From the NCBI GenBank assembly GCA_964199315.1, contig OZ116706.1:13516001-13580000 (forward strand): a DNA stretch of 64,000 nucleotides, written 5' to 3'. The stretch is from Orbicella franksi. Its lineage: Eukaryota. The position numbers and the translations under genes are program-made. Shown piece by piece: positions 24,425-34,699 of the stretch. Below the pieces are notes generated by a model. It did not search any database. It was given only the letters and a program-made list of their open reading frames with translations, and was not told where the DNA came from. Numbering within the stretch: the first letter of the stretch is position 1; each line of letters begins with the position of its first letter.

Positions 24425-26038
24425 ATGGTTTCTACCAAACACTGCTGTTGGGGTGAGTTTAAAACAGACTCGAGGTATCCCGACAAATGGACAAAATCTC
24501 TCAAAGAGTTACAAGCATCAGGCAAGAAAGTCTTCATACCGTTCCCAAAACCGTCGCAAGACATCGCTAAGTGCAAGCGTTGGCTAGTAGCTTGTTCTCG
24601 GGAATTATTTACAGAGAAAAATATTATCAGAAATACTTATATTTGTGCTCTTCACTGGCCCGGAGAAAAAGGTCCCACGGCTGAATTTCCTGATCCGCTG
24701 AAAGCGAATCTAACACGAGAACAAGCGAGTCAAGCATGTGCTCCAAAGAGAAAAGCTCCGAGATCAAGAGCGGAACCAGTCACAAAGAAAGAAAAGTTAC
24801 ACAACAAAAACTGTGGTGAACAATTACTGGACTACTGTATACCGACTGTCGATCGCAAGTCACTAGAATCTGGATCAACGGTCGATGCCATCCTAAACAA
24901 ACTCAACGAATCTCTAACCAATGAAGAATGTAATGCGACGCCACATGTGTATGAGCACTCTACAGGAAAGCTGGTTTCTGATCAAGGCTCTCAGACCTTG
25001 TATTCTAAATACGAGTTATCCGCAAAGGTCGAGACCATGATTTTGAAGAATGATGTTGCCACGAGGAAACCTCAGGCTCCCACAATAGTAAGTACTCTAT
25101 CTTATGAAAACATCGTGCAAGATGCAAGTCTTATGAAACACTTCATTGGCCTCTCACCTCCACAGTTTGAGATTTTGCATAATTTTCTAGACGGCGTTTG
25201 TCCTTTGGAGACCATAAACTATTGGACTAGTAAAGATTGCCCTGCAACGGAAAATGCAAGAACTGGCCCAAGAAGTGATTTTTCATCAAGGGAGAAGCTT
25301 TTTATTTGCCTTCTGAGACTTAGGAGAGGATTTACTCTCAAGACTCTAGCAGCTCTTCTCAGTACACCAGAAAGAAAAATTGATCCATCCTATGTACGCA
25401 AAATTTTCACCACCTTTCTTCAGCTGATGTATGTAACGTTTAGAGACATGCAACACTTCATGTTTCCTCAGAGAGCCCAACTCAGCAGGTTCCTCCCCAA
25501 AGTTTTCAAAACCATGAGGAAAATATGGTGTATTGTTGACTGTACTGAGTTTAGAGTAGAATGCTCCAGGAGTTTTGCTAGGCAAGGGAACACTTTCTCT
25601 TCATACAAGCACACAAACACATTTAAGTGTCTCATTGCTGTAACTCCCAATGGCGGAGCATGCTTTGTGTCAGATTTGTTTGAAGGGGATATTGATGATG
25701 TTGCAATCTTCAAAGAAAGTGGGCTTATGAAACACCTGAAACCATATGATTTAGTATTGGCTGATCGGGGTTTTACTGTGCGGGAGCTGCTAAATCCACT
25801 CCAAGTGGAGTTAAAAATTCCATCATTTCTGAAAGGAAGAAAAACTCTTAGTGCTGCAGAGGAACTGGAGACGCATCGTATTGCTAAGGCTAGGATTCAT
25901 GTAGAACGTTTTAATGAACGCCTTAAGCAGTTCAAACTTGTTGGTCGGAAAATTCCTTTGTCTCTGGCCCCTCTTGCAACTCAAATGGTAATAGTTGCTT
26001 CATGCCTTGTCAATTTTCAGAACACTCTTTGTAAATAG
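24425..26038 (+). CDS. THAP-HTH-DDE_Tnp_4 transposase, intact 537 aa
   Basis: THAP-like FIPFPKP...CKRWL...YICALHW...FPDP; HTH LFICLLRLRRG; IVDCTE, LADRGF and RIHVERF catalytic triad; uninterrupted ORF. Confidence 0.93.
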   Translation: MVSTKHCCWGEFKTDSRYPDKWTKSLKELQASGKKVFIPFPKPSQDIAKCKRWLVACSRELFTEKNIIRNTYICALHWPGEKGPTAEFPDPLKANLTREQASQACAPKRKAPRSRAEPVTKKEKLHNKNCGEQLLDYCIPTVDRKSLESGSTVDAILNKLNESLTNEECNATPHVYEHSTGKLVSDQGSQTLYSKYELSAKVETMILKNDVATRKPQAPTIVSTLSYENIVQDASLMKHFIGLSPPQFEILHNFLDGVCPLETINYWTSKDCPATENARTGPRSDFSSREKLFICLLRLRRGFTLKTLAALLSTPERKIDPSYVRKIFTTFLQLMYVTFRDMQHFMFPQRAQLSRFLPKVFKTMRKIWCIVDCTEFRVECSRSFARQGNTFSSYKHTNTFKCLIAVTPNGGACFVSDLFEGDIDDVAIFKESGLMKHLKPYDLVLADRGFTVRELLNPLQVELKIPSFLKGRKTLSAAEELETHRIAKARIHVERFNERLKQFKLVGRKIPLSLAPLATQMVIVASCLVNFQNTLCK

Positions 26039-26384
26039 AGTTTTAATACAGAATAGTTGTGTGAAGACTGATTGAAATTTGTACTAGTGCAAGACCACAA
26101 GATTAAACTCACTCTGTATTGAGCACTGATGACTGTATATTGAGCATTTATTTTTATAAATCTTGAAAAAGTTATAGTAAGAAAGTTCAAAGAATATCCA
26201 TACCCTCCCCATGGAATGTATGATGCTAAACAGGAATAATATTCAGGTTAAAATGATTCTAACCTAGTTTGATTCTCAATTTTCTCGGTCTTCTAACCCT
26301 AATTATTCATTATCCATGAATAATTAGGGTTAAGAGACAAAGGAATTTCATTTTAACCTGAATTTCATTTTGACCTGCATCATA

Positions 26385-26518
26385 TACAAGGGGAGAGGCA
26401 CTGTAAGAGTCGAGTGTCCTGCCCAAGAGAACAATACAATGTCCCCAACCAGGGCTTGAACATGGACCGCACAATCCGTAGACAAGCACATCAAACCATG
26501 ATGCTACTGTGGCTCCCC
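26385..26518 (-). mobile_element. tRNA-derived SINE 5' half inside the ISL2EU spacer
   Basis: Reverse complement GGGGAGCCACAGTAGCATCATGGTT...GTTCAAGCCCTGG...CTTGGGCAGGACACTC...CAGTGCCTCTCCC; same family as 15070-15364. Confidence 0.8.
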
Positions 26519-27921
26519 AAGAGACATGGGTGGGTGGTTGGGGAGCAAAGCAAACAAAACTTTTCATTGGAGGTTAATTTGATATTTTCTGAAACAACAC
26601 ATTTTCTCCTTGTGATAATTCTTTTGCAAAAGAGGCTGCTGACCGGTAAGCAGATAGAAGCATTATAATGTAGTGGAAAAAAATTGCAGGCCTTGTATTT
26701 ATTCAAAAGAACTCAAAAAAAACTCACCAGTTAATAGTAATATGCTGATGTCTCAGTTGTATTACATGTGGTTTAGACATTTTTTTCTTAGACAAGAAGC
26801 CTTAATTTAATGAAAAATCAAATTCCTATTTGTAAGGGACACAAAACAATATCTCATTATTCTCAATACAATTGAAAAGGGTGGCAGACAATTAACAATC
26901 CATTCAATTTGACATTAAATTATATTTTTTATACAAACAACATTTTGAAAAATAAAAGTTGTGTTCAGTATACAGTACTTATTTATCTGAATTTACAAGA
27001 TACTTGTCAATGCTCTTTTCATCTATATACAAAAGATACTAATAGAACAACGCTCTATAAAAAAATCCATATGGAAAATTAAATTTCACAACTCGTAAGT
27101 TGTGGGTGTACAGCAATAATAATGTAATAGACCTCTCTCAATTCAAAATTCTTAAATTTTTGTGCCATGATTTAATTTAAATCTACCATTCTTGTCTTAT
27201 AAGGTAAGTACCATGACTGTGCTACTTAAATATAGAGGAAATTAAGAACAACAAAATTTACAATCACCATTTACCCTTTTCATCAAACAATGTTCCTCAC
27301 CAAGCCCTGTCCCCACCAACAGAACATCAACATGCTGCCACTGAACAATTATCAAATTGAAAATAGATGCTAAAATATGAATGGCAGCCCAGGAACAAAG
27401 CAAAAATATGTGTTAACAGCAATCCTCATACATTTTAACCATTAAAGCCCAACTATCCACATATAAATTCTCCTTACTGATGTACATACATTTTTTATGG
27501 TATTAGCCGTAATGGGTAATCATTTTATAAATTCTCATCAGCATCTCTTTGGATTAAGTATCATACTGTGAGAAGAACTTGTATGTTGGTCACTCTTGGC
27601 ACTCAAAGAGTTTTAAGAACAAAGTTCTTAGTCTATAGTACTTATCTTTCCTTTAGTTAGAAAAATCGTTACATTACTCTTCTGCTGATAATGCACAAGT
27701 ATTGCAGTTAAGATTTCAAAACTAAACAAACATAGCGAGTTGGTAGTACTAGTACACATGCTTTTTTACCTAATTTACAGTAGACCCAAAAAGAAATACT
27801 GTAAGCTCATGGGGAATTCTAAGTTTTTTTTCTTATATACAGTCATCATGGAATAGCTTAATATTCCATTATGGTTTGAGTTCATGAAAAGGAACATTTG
27901 GGATCATATTTTTCCATTTAC

Positions 27922-30900
27922 CTAACTACAATATACTAAAAAGCTTAACGAAAATCCCACTGGCTCATGAAACATAGCTGGAGAAACCTGGATTCCCTTC
28001 CTGGAAGCCCTTCCTTGTAGATTCTTGCAGCCCATCATACATGTACCAGTTATTCTCAAAAAAAAAATACAGATATAGTGCCCTCCATTCCAAAGTGTTA
28101 CTCCATACAGTTTAAAACTTTTCCCAAATACTGAAACTGAAAGTGGTGTAATTTGACAGTTTAAGATAACCTCCTCTGCTCAGTAGGTCAACAGAAAACA
28201 CAAGAAATGATTTTAAATTCAACATCGAACGAGAGCTGCTCACCCTCACACCCTCACAATGCCATGACATGTTTGCATTGCCATTTTCATCTATTGTGAC
28301 ATCCTCGCTGAAGGGGGTTCCTTCTGAAGGCTGGCTTCCAAATTTCCTTCCACAGTTAGAATCTGGTGGTTGCAGCCAGTAATAAAGGGCATCCAGAAAT
28401 GCATTGTTATTGATGTGCTGGGAGGGTTGTGGCAGTATTACTGACAAAGATTGGACTGTGTGTACTTGCAATGGGCAAGTATTTACGCAGCAAGTTGATG
28501 TGATGATGCTTGTCAGGTAGGGACGGAGGAGCATCAAGAAGAAATCCCCTTCATTACCATACAAATCCAGGGTACCAGCCACAACTGGAAATGTGAAAAG
28601 GAAAAATTGCCATATTGATTATTTATATCATATTATCCTTTTTTTGCTTATTATCATGACTATAAACATTTTAACATAATAAGACTTCTGAACAAACACC
28701 CATGTTTGTTGTTAAATAAATAATCCTTATAAAAAAATAGTGAGGCATACATACCTTGCTGTTGTTGTGGTAGAGACTGCAGTATTAACAATTTTGCATC
28801 TGCATACTGGCCATCATCTATGAGCTTCAGTGCTGTACCTATTGTATGACCTGATTCTGGAAGGTCCTCGAGCTTTACTTTGTTTGATTTAACTAGGGCT
28901 TGGAAAATAATTAGCCAATTATCCAAAGGACAAGTATTGGTAAGTGTCACTCCAGTACTTGTCAGTCCACCCCAGGGAAAAATAGTTAGCTCGTGATCTT
29001 GTTGACTAGCAGATTTAGGGTTACTGGCTGGACCAGTAACCGAAAGAAGGAGAGCTTCTGCAGCATTGATTTCTGCTTGGGTATATAAGCTGTCAGCAGG
29101 AAAGGGTTGTTCAGACTCTGTGACAGATACTGGCAAATCAGATGCTGTGGTTTCACACAGGCCAGATAGGGATGCAGGTGACACAGGTGTTACAAAGACT
29201 CTGCTCTTAGTCGCTGATACAGATGCAGGGGGTGCATTAGGTTCTACAGAGCCAACAAGTGATGCTGAAGAAGTACATGTGGTAGGGGTTTCACCCTCAA
29301 AGCATCTGTCAGGTGATGCAGGGGATGCATCAGGTTCCAGGGAGCAAACAGGTGATGCTGAAGAAGTACATGTGGTAGGGTCTCCAAATTCCAAGCAACT
29401 GTCAGGTGATGCAGGAAATGATTCAAAAGAATCCAAACAGTCAGCAGCCTCAGCTAAAACAAATGGCACTAGATCCCTGGAGACACGCATTTCAAAGATT
29501 TCTGGGGCAATAACATGTGTCCATAAGGCCGTGAGATTACCCAAAATCTCCTGAATGAGGGGTTCATCCCTTGGTATCCTTTCTACGGAATCAGGACCAC
29601 TTGCAGCATGTAGAATAAAATCACAATACTTTCTGTCAGTGACGAGAAGGATTTGTTGACACTGATAGTAATAGGCATGTGAACGCTTCAGGATACACTT
29701 TCCATCCTCTACCTTAAAACGCTGCCTGCTGAGAACACTTTTCACAACTGGGGAGGTGGGAGTTGTCACTGTCTCAACACTGTACTGTTTCAAGAGTTTT
29801 AAAGATTTAATCTCAATAACAGTGTCACTGTCAACCAGACCATCAGGAGAACAGCCAAGGAATGGAAACTTGGGGTTGACCCAAAACCCTGATGGGTAGA
29901 CTTTCACATTTCGGACCCTCTCGTACTTAAGTATGGCCTTTGGTTCACATTCAAGGCCATAACGCATCCAGTATGTCTGGATATGTTCTAACTCAAGTCT
30001 CCAAATATCAGAAAAAATAAATTTGCTTGCTTCTATGGCTGCATTTGGCTGACACTCAATGACAAGTTTTCCAACTTTGAAAGCAGAAAGACACTTAGAT
30101 GCTGTCAATCTGCACCATCTTTGAAAGAACCATTTTTCAGATTTACTTTGTTCTTGTGTTCCTGGGATTTCCATCAAGGCTTTAGGCTTCAGATTTTTAT
30201 GTAAGGCACTCACTTGCTCCAACAACACTCCTTTTCTCTCACAATCAAGGTTGTAGTCACCGTAGGTGTACTGGAGCTGAGTTTCCCACATTGAAACTCC
30301 TTTACCCTCAGCTTGTGAAAGCCATTGCAAGTTCCCCAGAAACTTGTTTATGTGGTGCACATTGACATTTCGATATTTAGCTGGCCTCGGATCGAAATCA
30401 ATCACAGGCAAAATGGCTTGCTTTTTCTTTCCAGGGTATTTGGCATCGCTTAACCTCTTAGGATTTTTGTTCCTCTTCTTGCCTTTATTCCAAGAACATT
30501 CTTGGCTTGTGCATGGTTTTGTTAAAACCGTTCCGTGTTTCTGAACGTAGTCAAGTACATAAAATAAAACCGCTACAACATGACTACAACGTCCCAAAGA
30601 CAAAGCCCGGCAAGGTTCACATGAGGCGTGAAGAACAGCGCCACTGTTCACAGATATAATCACAACAACATTGTGCGGTAGCTCTGTTCTCATCAAAGGC
30701 CAAACATGCGCTCTCACAAAATAGTGATCGGCGTTCTGCGTGTCCATCACATCGTGTACAAAGCCTGTATCCACGTACTTCCTTCCATTTTTCATTGGCT
30801 TATCGGTCATATGTCCCAGTCCGTCGTCGATGTCTGCTAGATCATTTGCAAGCGATTCTAACGCGTAGTAATATACCTGGCCGTAGTTAAAGAGAGAAGG

Positions 30901-31245
30901 AATGCAATGAGATGGAAAGTCCCGCCAGCCGGTCGACGGAATAAATGGCAGCGAAATCGAGCTTCCAGTTGCTTGTATCTGCGGACTTTCTTTAAGAACC
31001 TTGGCAGCGAACCATTTACCATTGTCAATGCTTGCATCGAGCGTGTGGTGATTCCCACACTTTATGCAGTCGCTCACATGTTTCACAAGGTCATCGCGTT
31101 TACCGCTCAGTTTTAAGCCCCTGCACTTTAACCACCGTTTTAGCTGGTCAACAGTGTATTCCTGTGGATCTCTGTCAAATTTAGAACCAGGAATGTTGTC
31201 ATCCTCGGTTAAAACCGTTAAAGATTGAAGCAAACTGCTTGCCAT
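27922..31245 (-). CDS. SAP-SWIM-YqaJ (lambda-exonuclease fold) protein with spliced C-terminal USP-like cysteine peptidase domain; frameshifts in the last exon
   Basis: SAP QLKRWLKCRGLKLSGKRDDLV; SWIM C.PC...GRCSH; YqaJ QRWCRLTAS, SPDG, EIK and YYYQCQQ; Cys box NTCPLDNW; phase-1 GT-AG intron 28585-28754; GGHY, WYMYDG and LSFLVYC in shifted frames. Confidence 0.85.
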
Positions 31246-32566
31246 TCACAAATTTTCCCTTAGGATTACTCAGGATTTGGGTCTTTGATTGTCTGAGTCT
31301 CGAGGGGGTCTGAAATTTCATGACGTCATTAGTGCAGAACGCTATTGCCTTGTGAACGTGCTCTGGGAATCCGATGGGATGTCGAGACGGACACCTTTGG
31401 CTTTAAGATATCCTTAAAGGACAAGCCTTCTACCAGAAGAGGAATTCTCTCCATCGTGAGTTCCATCTATGACCCTCTGGGTTTTGCTGCACCTTTCATC
31501 CTTTCAGCCAGTCATCTACTGCAGAACTTGTGTCGAAGAGGCTTAGGATGGGACGACATAGTGTCAAATGAAGACATTGCTATCTAGCAGAGTTGGCTCG
31601 GAGATCTCCCTAAGCTGGAGTCACTTTCAAGACGCCTGACTTCGGCGACATCACAACTTGTCAGATCCACCACTTTGCTGATGCCAGTCAGATCGCTTAT
31701 GGCGCAGTGTCCTACCTTCGCATCACAAATGCGCAAGGCCTCATTCATTGTTCATTTGTCATTCGGAAATTCCGGTTGTCACCACTCAAGCTTCTTACTA
31801 TTCCTCAATTAGAATTGAGCGCAGCTGTTGTCGCAGCCAGACTGGACAAGATCATCAGAACTGAAACCGACATAAAGGTTGATGAGTCTGTGTTTTGGAC
31901 CGACAGCACTTGCGTTTTGGGATACCTCCGAAACGACAGCAAGCGCTTTCATACCTTTGTGGCCAATTGAATAGGTACAATACAGGAGGTCGCGGCTCCT
32001 TCCCAGGAGGCACGTTGACTCCTTGTAAAACCCAGCGCACAATGCATCGCGTGGGCTCTCCGCAGAGGCTCTGTTAAATAATAGTCGATGGCTCAGAGGC
32101 CCTGATTTCCTGTGGCGTCCAGAAGCTTCTTGGCCTGTTGCACCCAGTCCCGTCCTGGAGGTTTCACCAGCTGACCCATCAACAGCTGAGGTATACTCCA
32201 ATACACAGAAATCAGAGAGGAACCGATGAACAAGATCGTTGAACGATTTTCCTCGTGATACGGCTTGAAGAAATTCATGGCTTGGATCCTTCGCTATCGT
32301 GATAATCTCCGATCAGCAGTTGAGCAACGTAGGAGTGGTTACACAGCAGTCACTAAGAAAGCAAAGATAGTCCCAATTACCCTTGAAGAGTTACGAAATG
32401 CAGAAAACGAAATTGTGAGACACGTTCAAGAAGAAAGTTTCGAAGAGGCATTGGCCATATTGAGAAAGGCATCATCCACGCCATCATCCTCACCCCCCCC
32501 TCAGGTGAACAGAACTCAAAGCGTCAGGTCAAGAAATCGAGCAAGATCGTCAAACTCGATCCGCGG

Positions 32567-33670
32567 ATGACTGACGGCTTGTTGTGTGTTGGGGGGAGGA
32601 TAGCCAATGGACCCTTCCAGCAGCGTGTAAAGCATCCAGTAGTTTTGCCAAAGTCTCACTGCATTGTTCCCCTCATCATTCGCCAGCATCATCATGTTTC
32701 TGGTAATTCAGGAGTGGAACATGTTCTTAGCCTGATTGGAGAGAAGTTCTGGATTGTTGGCACCAGAACAGCAGTGCGAAGATATCTAAATACCTGTGTT
32801 GCTTGCAAGAGAAGACAAGCCCATGTTGATGAACAGAAAATGGCGGATTTGCCACTAGACAGAATTACACCTGACAAACCTCCATTCACCTATGTGGGAG
32901 TCGACTGCTTTGGCCCGTTCCTGATTCGCCGTGGAAGAACAGAAGTTAAGCGTTACGGCGTGCTGTACGCCTGCCTGGTGGTATGTGCTGTTCACATAGA
33001 AGTGGCCCACAATCTGGACACCGATTCGTTTCTAAAGAGTTTCAGGCGATTTGTTGCAAGAAGGGGATCTCCGGAACTGATAAGATCCGACAACGGCAGC
33101 AATTTTGAATCAGGAGAACGCAAACTTAACCACTCTATCAAAGAATGGAACCAGGAAAAAATTGCCGATTTCCTACTTCAAAGAAACGTCCAGTGGGCAT
33201 TCAACCCTCCATGTGGGTCCCACCAAGGCGGTCGATGGGAACGTTGCATAAGGACAGTGAGAAAGGTATTAAACGCACTGGTCAGGGAGCAAGTACTGGA
33301 TGACAAAGGGCTGCCAACATTCATGTGCAAAGCGGAGTCAATCGTAAACAGCAGGCCCTTGACAAAGGTCTCAGACGAACCCCTCACGCCTAATCACCTT
33401 CTCTTTTGGTACAGCCAACCGTTTCCTCCTGGAATCTTTGCCAAGGAGGACATATACTCCAGACGCAGGAGGAGGCAAATCCAGTACTTATCGGATGTAT
33501 TTTGGCGCAGATGGGTAAAGGAATATCTCCCGACTTTGCAACAAAGGCAGAAATGGTTCAGGCTGCGCCGAAATTTTAAAATCGGAGACATCGTACTGCT
33601 CACAGATAAGAAGTCACCAAGGGGTTTATGGCCACTTGCACGCACCGGCATTAACACAAACCGCTGTTAA
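32567..33670 (+). pseudogene. BEL/Pao integrase (H2C2 + DDE core + C-terminal DUF5641-like)
   Basis: HH...H..VEH, C..C, GVDCFGP, SDNG, RWERCIR and FWRRWVKEYLPTLQQRQKW. Confidence 0.9.
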
Positions 33671-34149
33671 CACAAACCAGCGAGACCGTCTAGTGAGAAG
33701 CGTCACGCTGAAAACAAAATCAAGCACACTTGAACGTCCTATAAACAAGATCATCTTACTTGAAGGAGCAGCTGAAGTTGCGGAGGAAGCTTAGTTGTGG
33801 AACTTGTCTATCTGTCTCATCACCCAGTCATGCTGTACTAAGGAACAACTAATGTTAACATTGCATGGTAATCCTTTATGGCTAATGTAAATGCTTATGT
33901 AGTGCATTTAGGGACCGGGATGTAGGATTTCACGTGCAAATTTTTATTTTAGCTTGCCATTTACGTATGCAAATTAGGACTATTTAAACACTACGGTTTC
34001 CTAGCGTGCCAATCTTTTCAACGTTTTCTCTAGCTTCAAGTTAATATTGTTGCGGAATCTATTCTACTTAGCTTCACCGTCATCGCTACAGTCAGGAAAC
34101 ATTTGTAAGTCTTTATATTCTGTCCTGTATTTCTCATATTGCTCGGCTC

Positions 34150-34699
34150 TTGAGGCTGTGCAGGAAGAATGGAGTGGCCCGAAAGTGTGCATCTCAAATA
34201 ACTTCCTCGATCTTAATTTCAAAGCTTTGTGGAAGAGAGTGTTAAATAGTTACAGTGACAGGTTCTTCAACATTCTGATGTTAGTTGCAATTCTCTTGAT
34301 TGTACCTCTGTCAACATCTTGTTGTGAATGGGGTTTTTCTCTCATGGGAAAGATCAAATCAGATCGGTGGTCTTGTCTGTCTGTGGATACATTAGACTCC
34401 TTGATCCGGGTTAATACAGAAGGTCCTCCTGTTTCAGACTTTGACCCACTCCCTACACTGAAAACTTGGTGGAACAGTGGGCCAAGAGCAAGGCATCCCA
34501 ATTTTAATGACTAATGAATAATTGAAGTGCTCAAGACAAAGCATTTGGTAAATTAAACTTTATTACATTCATTGATCATGGCTAGTAAAAAAAATACGCT
34601 TCCTTGTCTTCTGGAAAGGAAATTGTTACTGTGGAAAGTAAATTTCCAAGTGTACTCTCCATACTTGCAAGTTGAGGGAAAAGGAAGTGTCAACCCCTG
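34150..34699 (+). pseudogene. hAT transposase C-terminal dimerisation domain plus right arm
   Basis: ILLIVPLSTSCCEWGFSLMGKIKSDRWSCLSVDTLDSLIRV; candidate right terminus CAACCCCTG at 34691-34699, immediately before Gypsy RT resumes. Confidence 0.82.

Larger units (their letters stand above)
24243..31343. mobile_element. Complete ISL2EU-type DNA transposon, 7101 bp, two convergent genes
   Basis: TIR AGCGTCTTGCACTA / TAGTGCAGAACGCT (14 bp, 2 mismatches); AT TSD at 24241-24242 and 31344-31345; excision restores the BEL frame [13 protein letters not shown]. Confidence 0.93.
22571..34150 (+). mobile_element. BEL/Pao LTR retrotransposon, 5'-truncated, split by the ISL2EU element
   Basis: Gag knuckle GHFVREC..C....C...H; protease AVLDSG; RT LFGATSSP and FYVDD; Pao RNase H ERALGIRW and FADAS; integrase VGVDCFGP, SDNGSNF and RWER; PPT AGGGACCGGGA then LTR TGTAGG at 33921. 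Confidence 0.92.

Noticed and set aside
29066-29554. 162-aa plus-strand ORF and similar antisense ORFs (e.g. 1082-1420, 14143-14571, 31809-32201, 63474-63824)
   Set aside because: They are shadow frames antisense to recognised TE coding sequence and have no motifs of their own.
28660-31245. Phage or bacterial origin of the YqaJ gene (prophage or contamination)
   Set aside because: It has a spliceosomal intron, a SAP domain, sits within TIRs with a THAP transposase, and is nested in a BEL retrotransposon.
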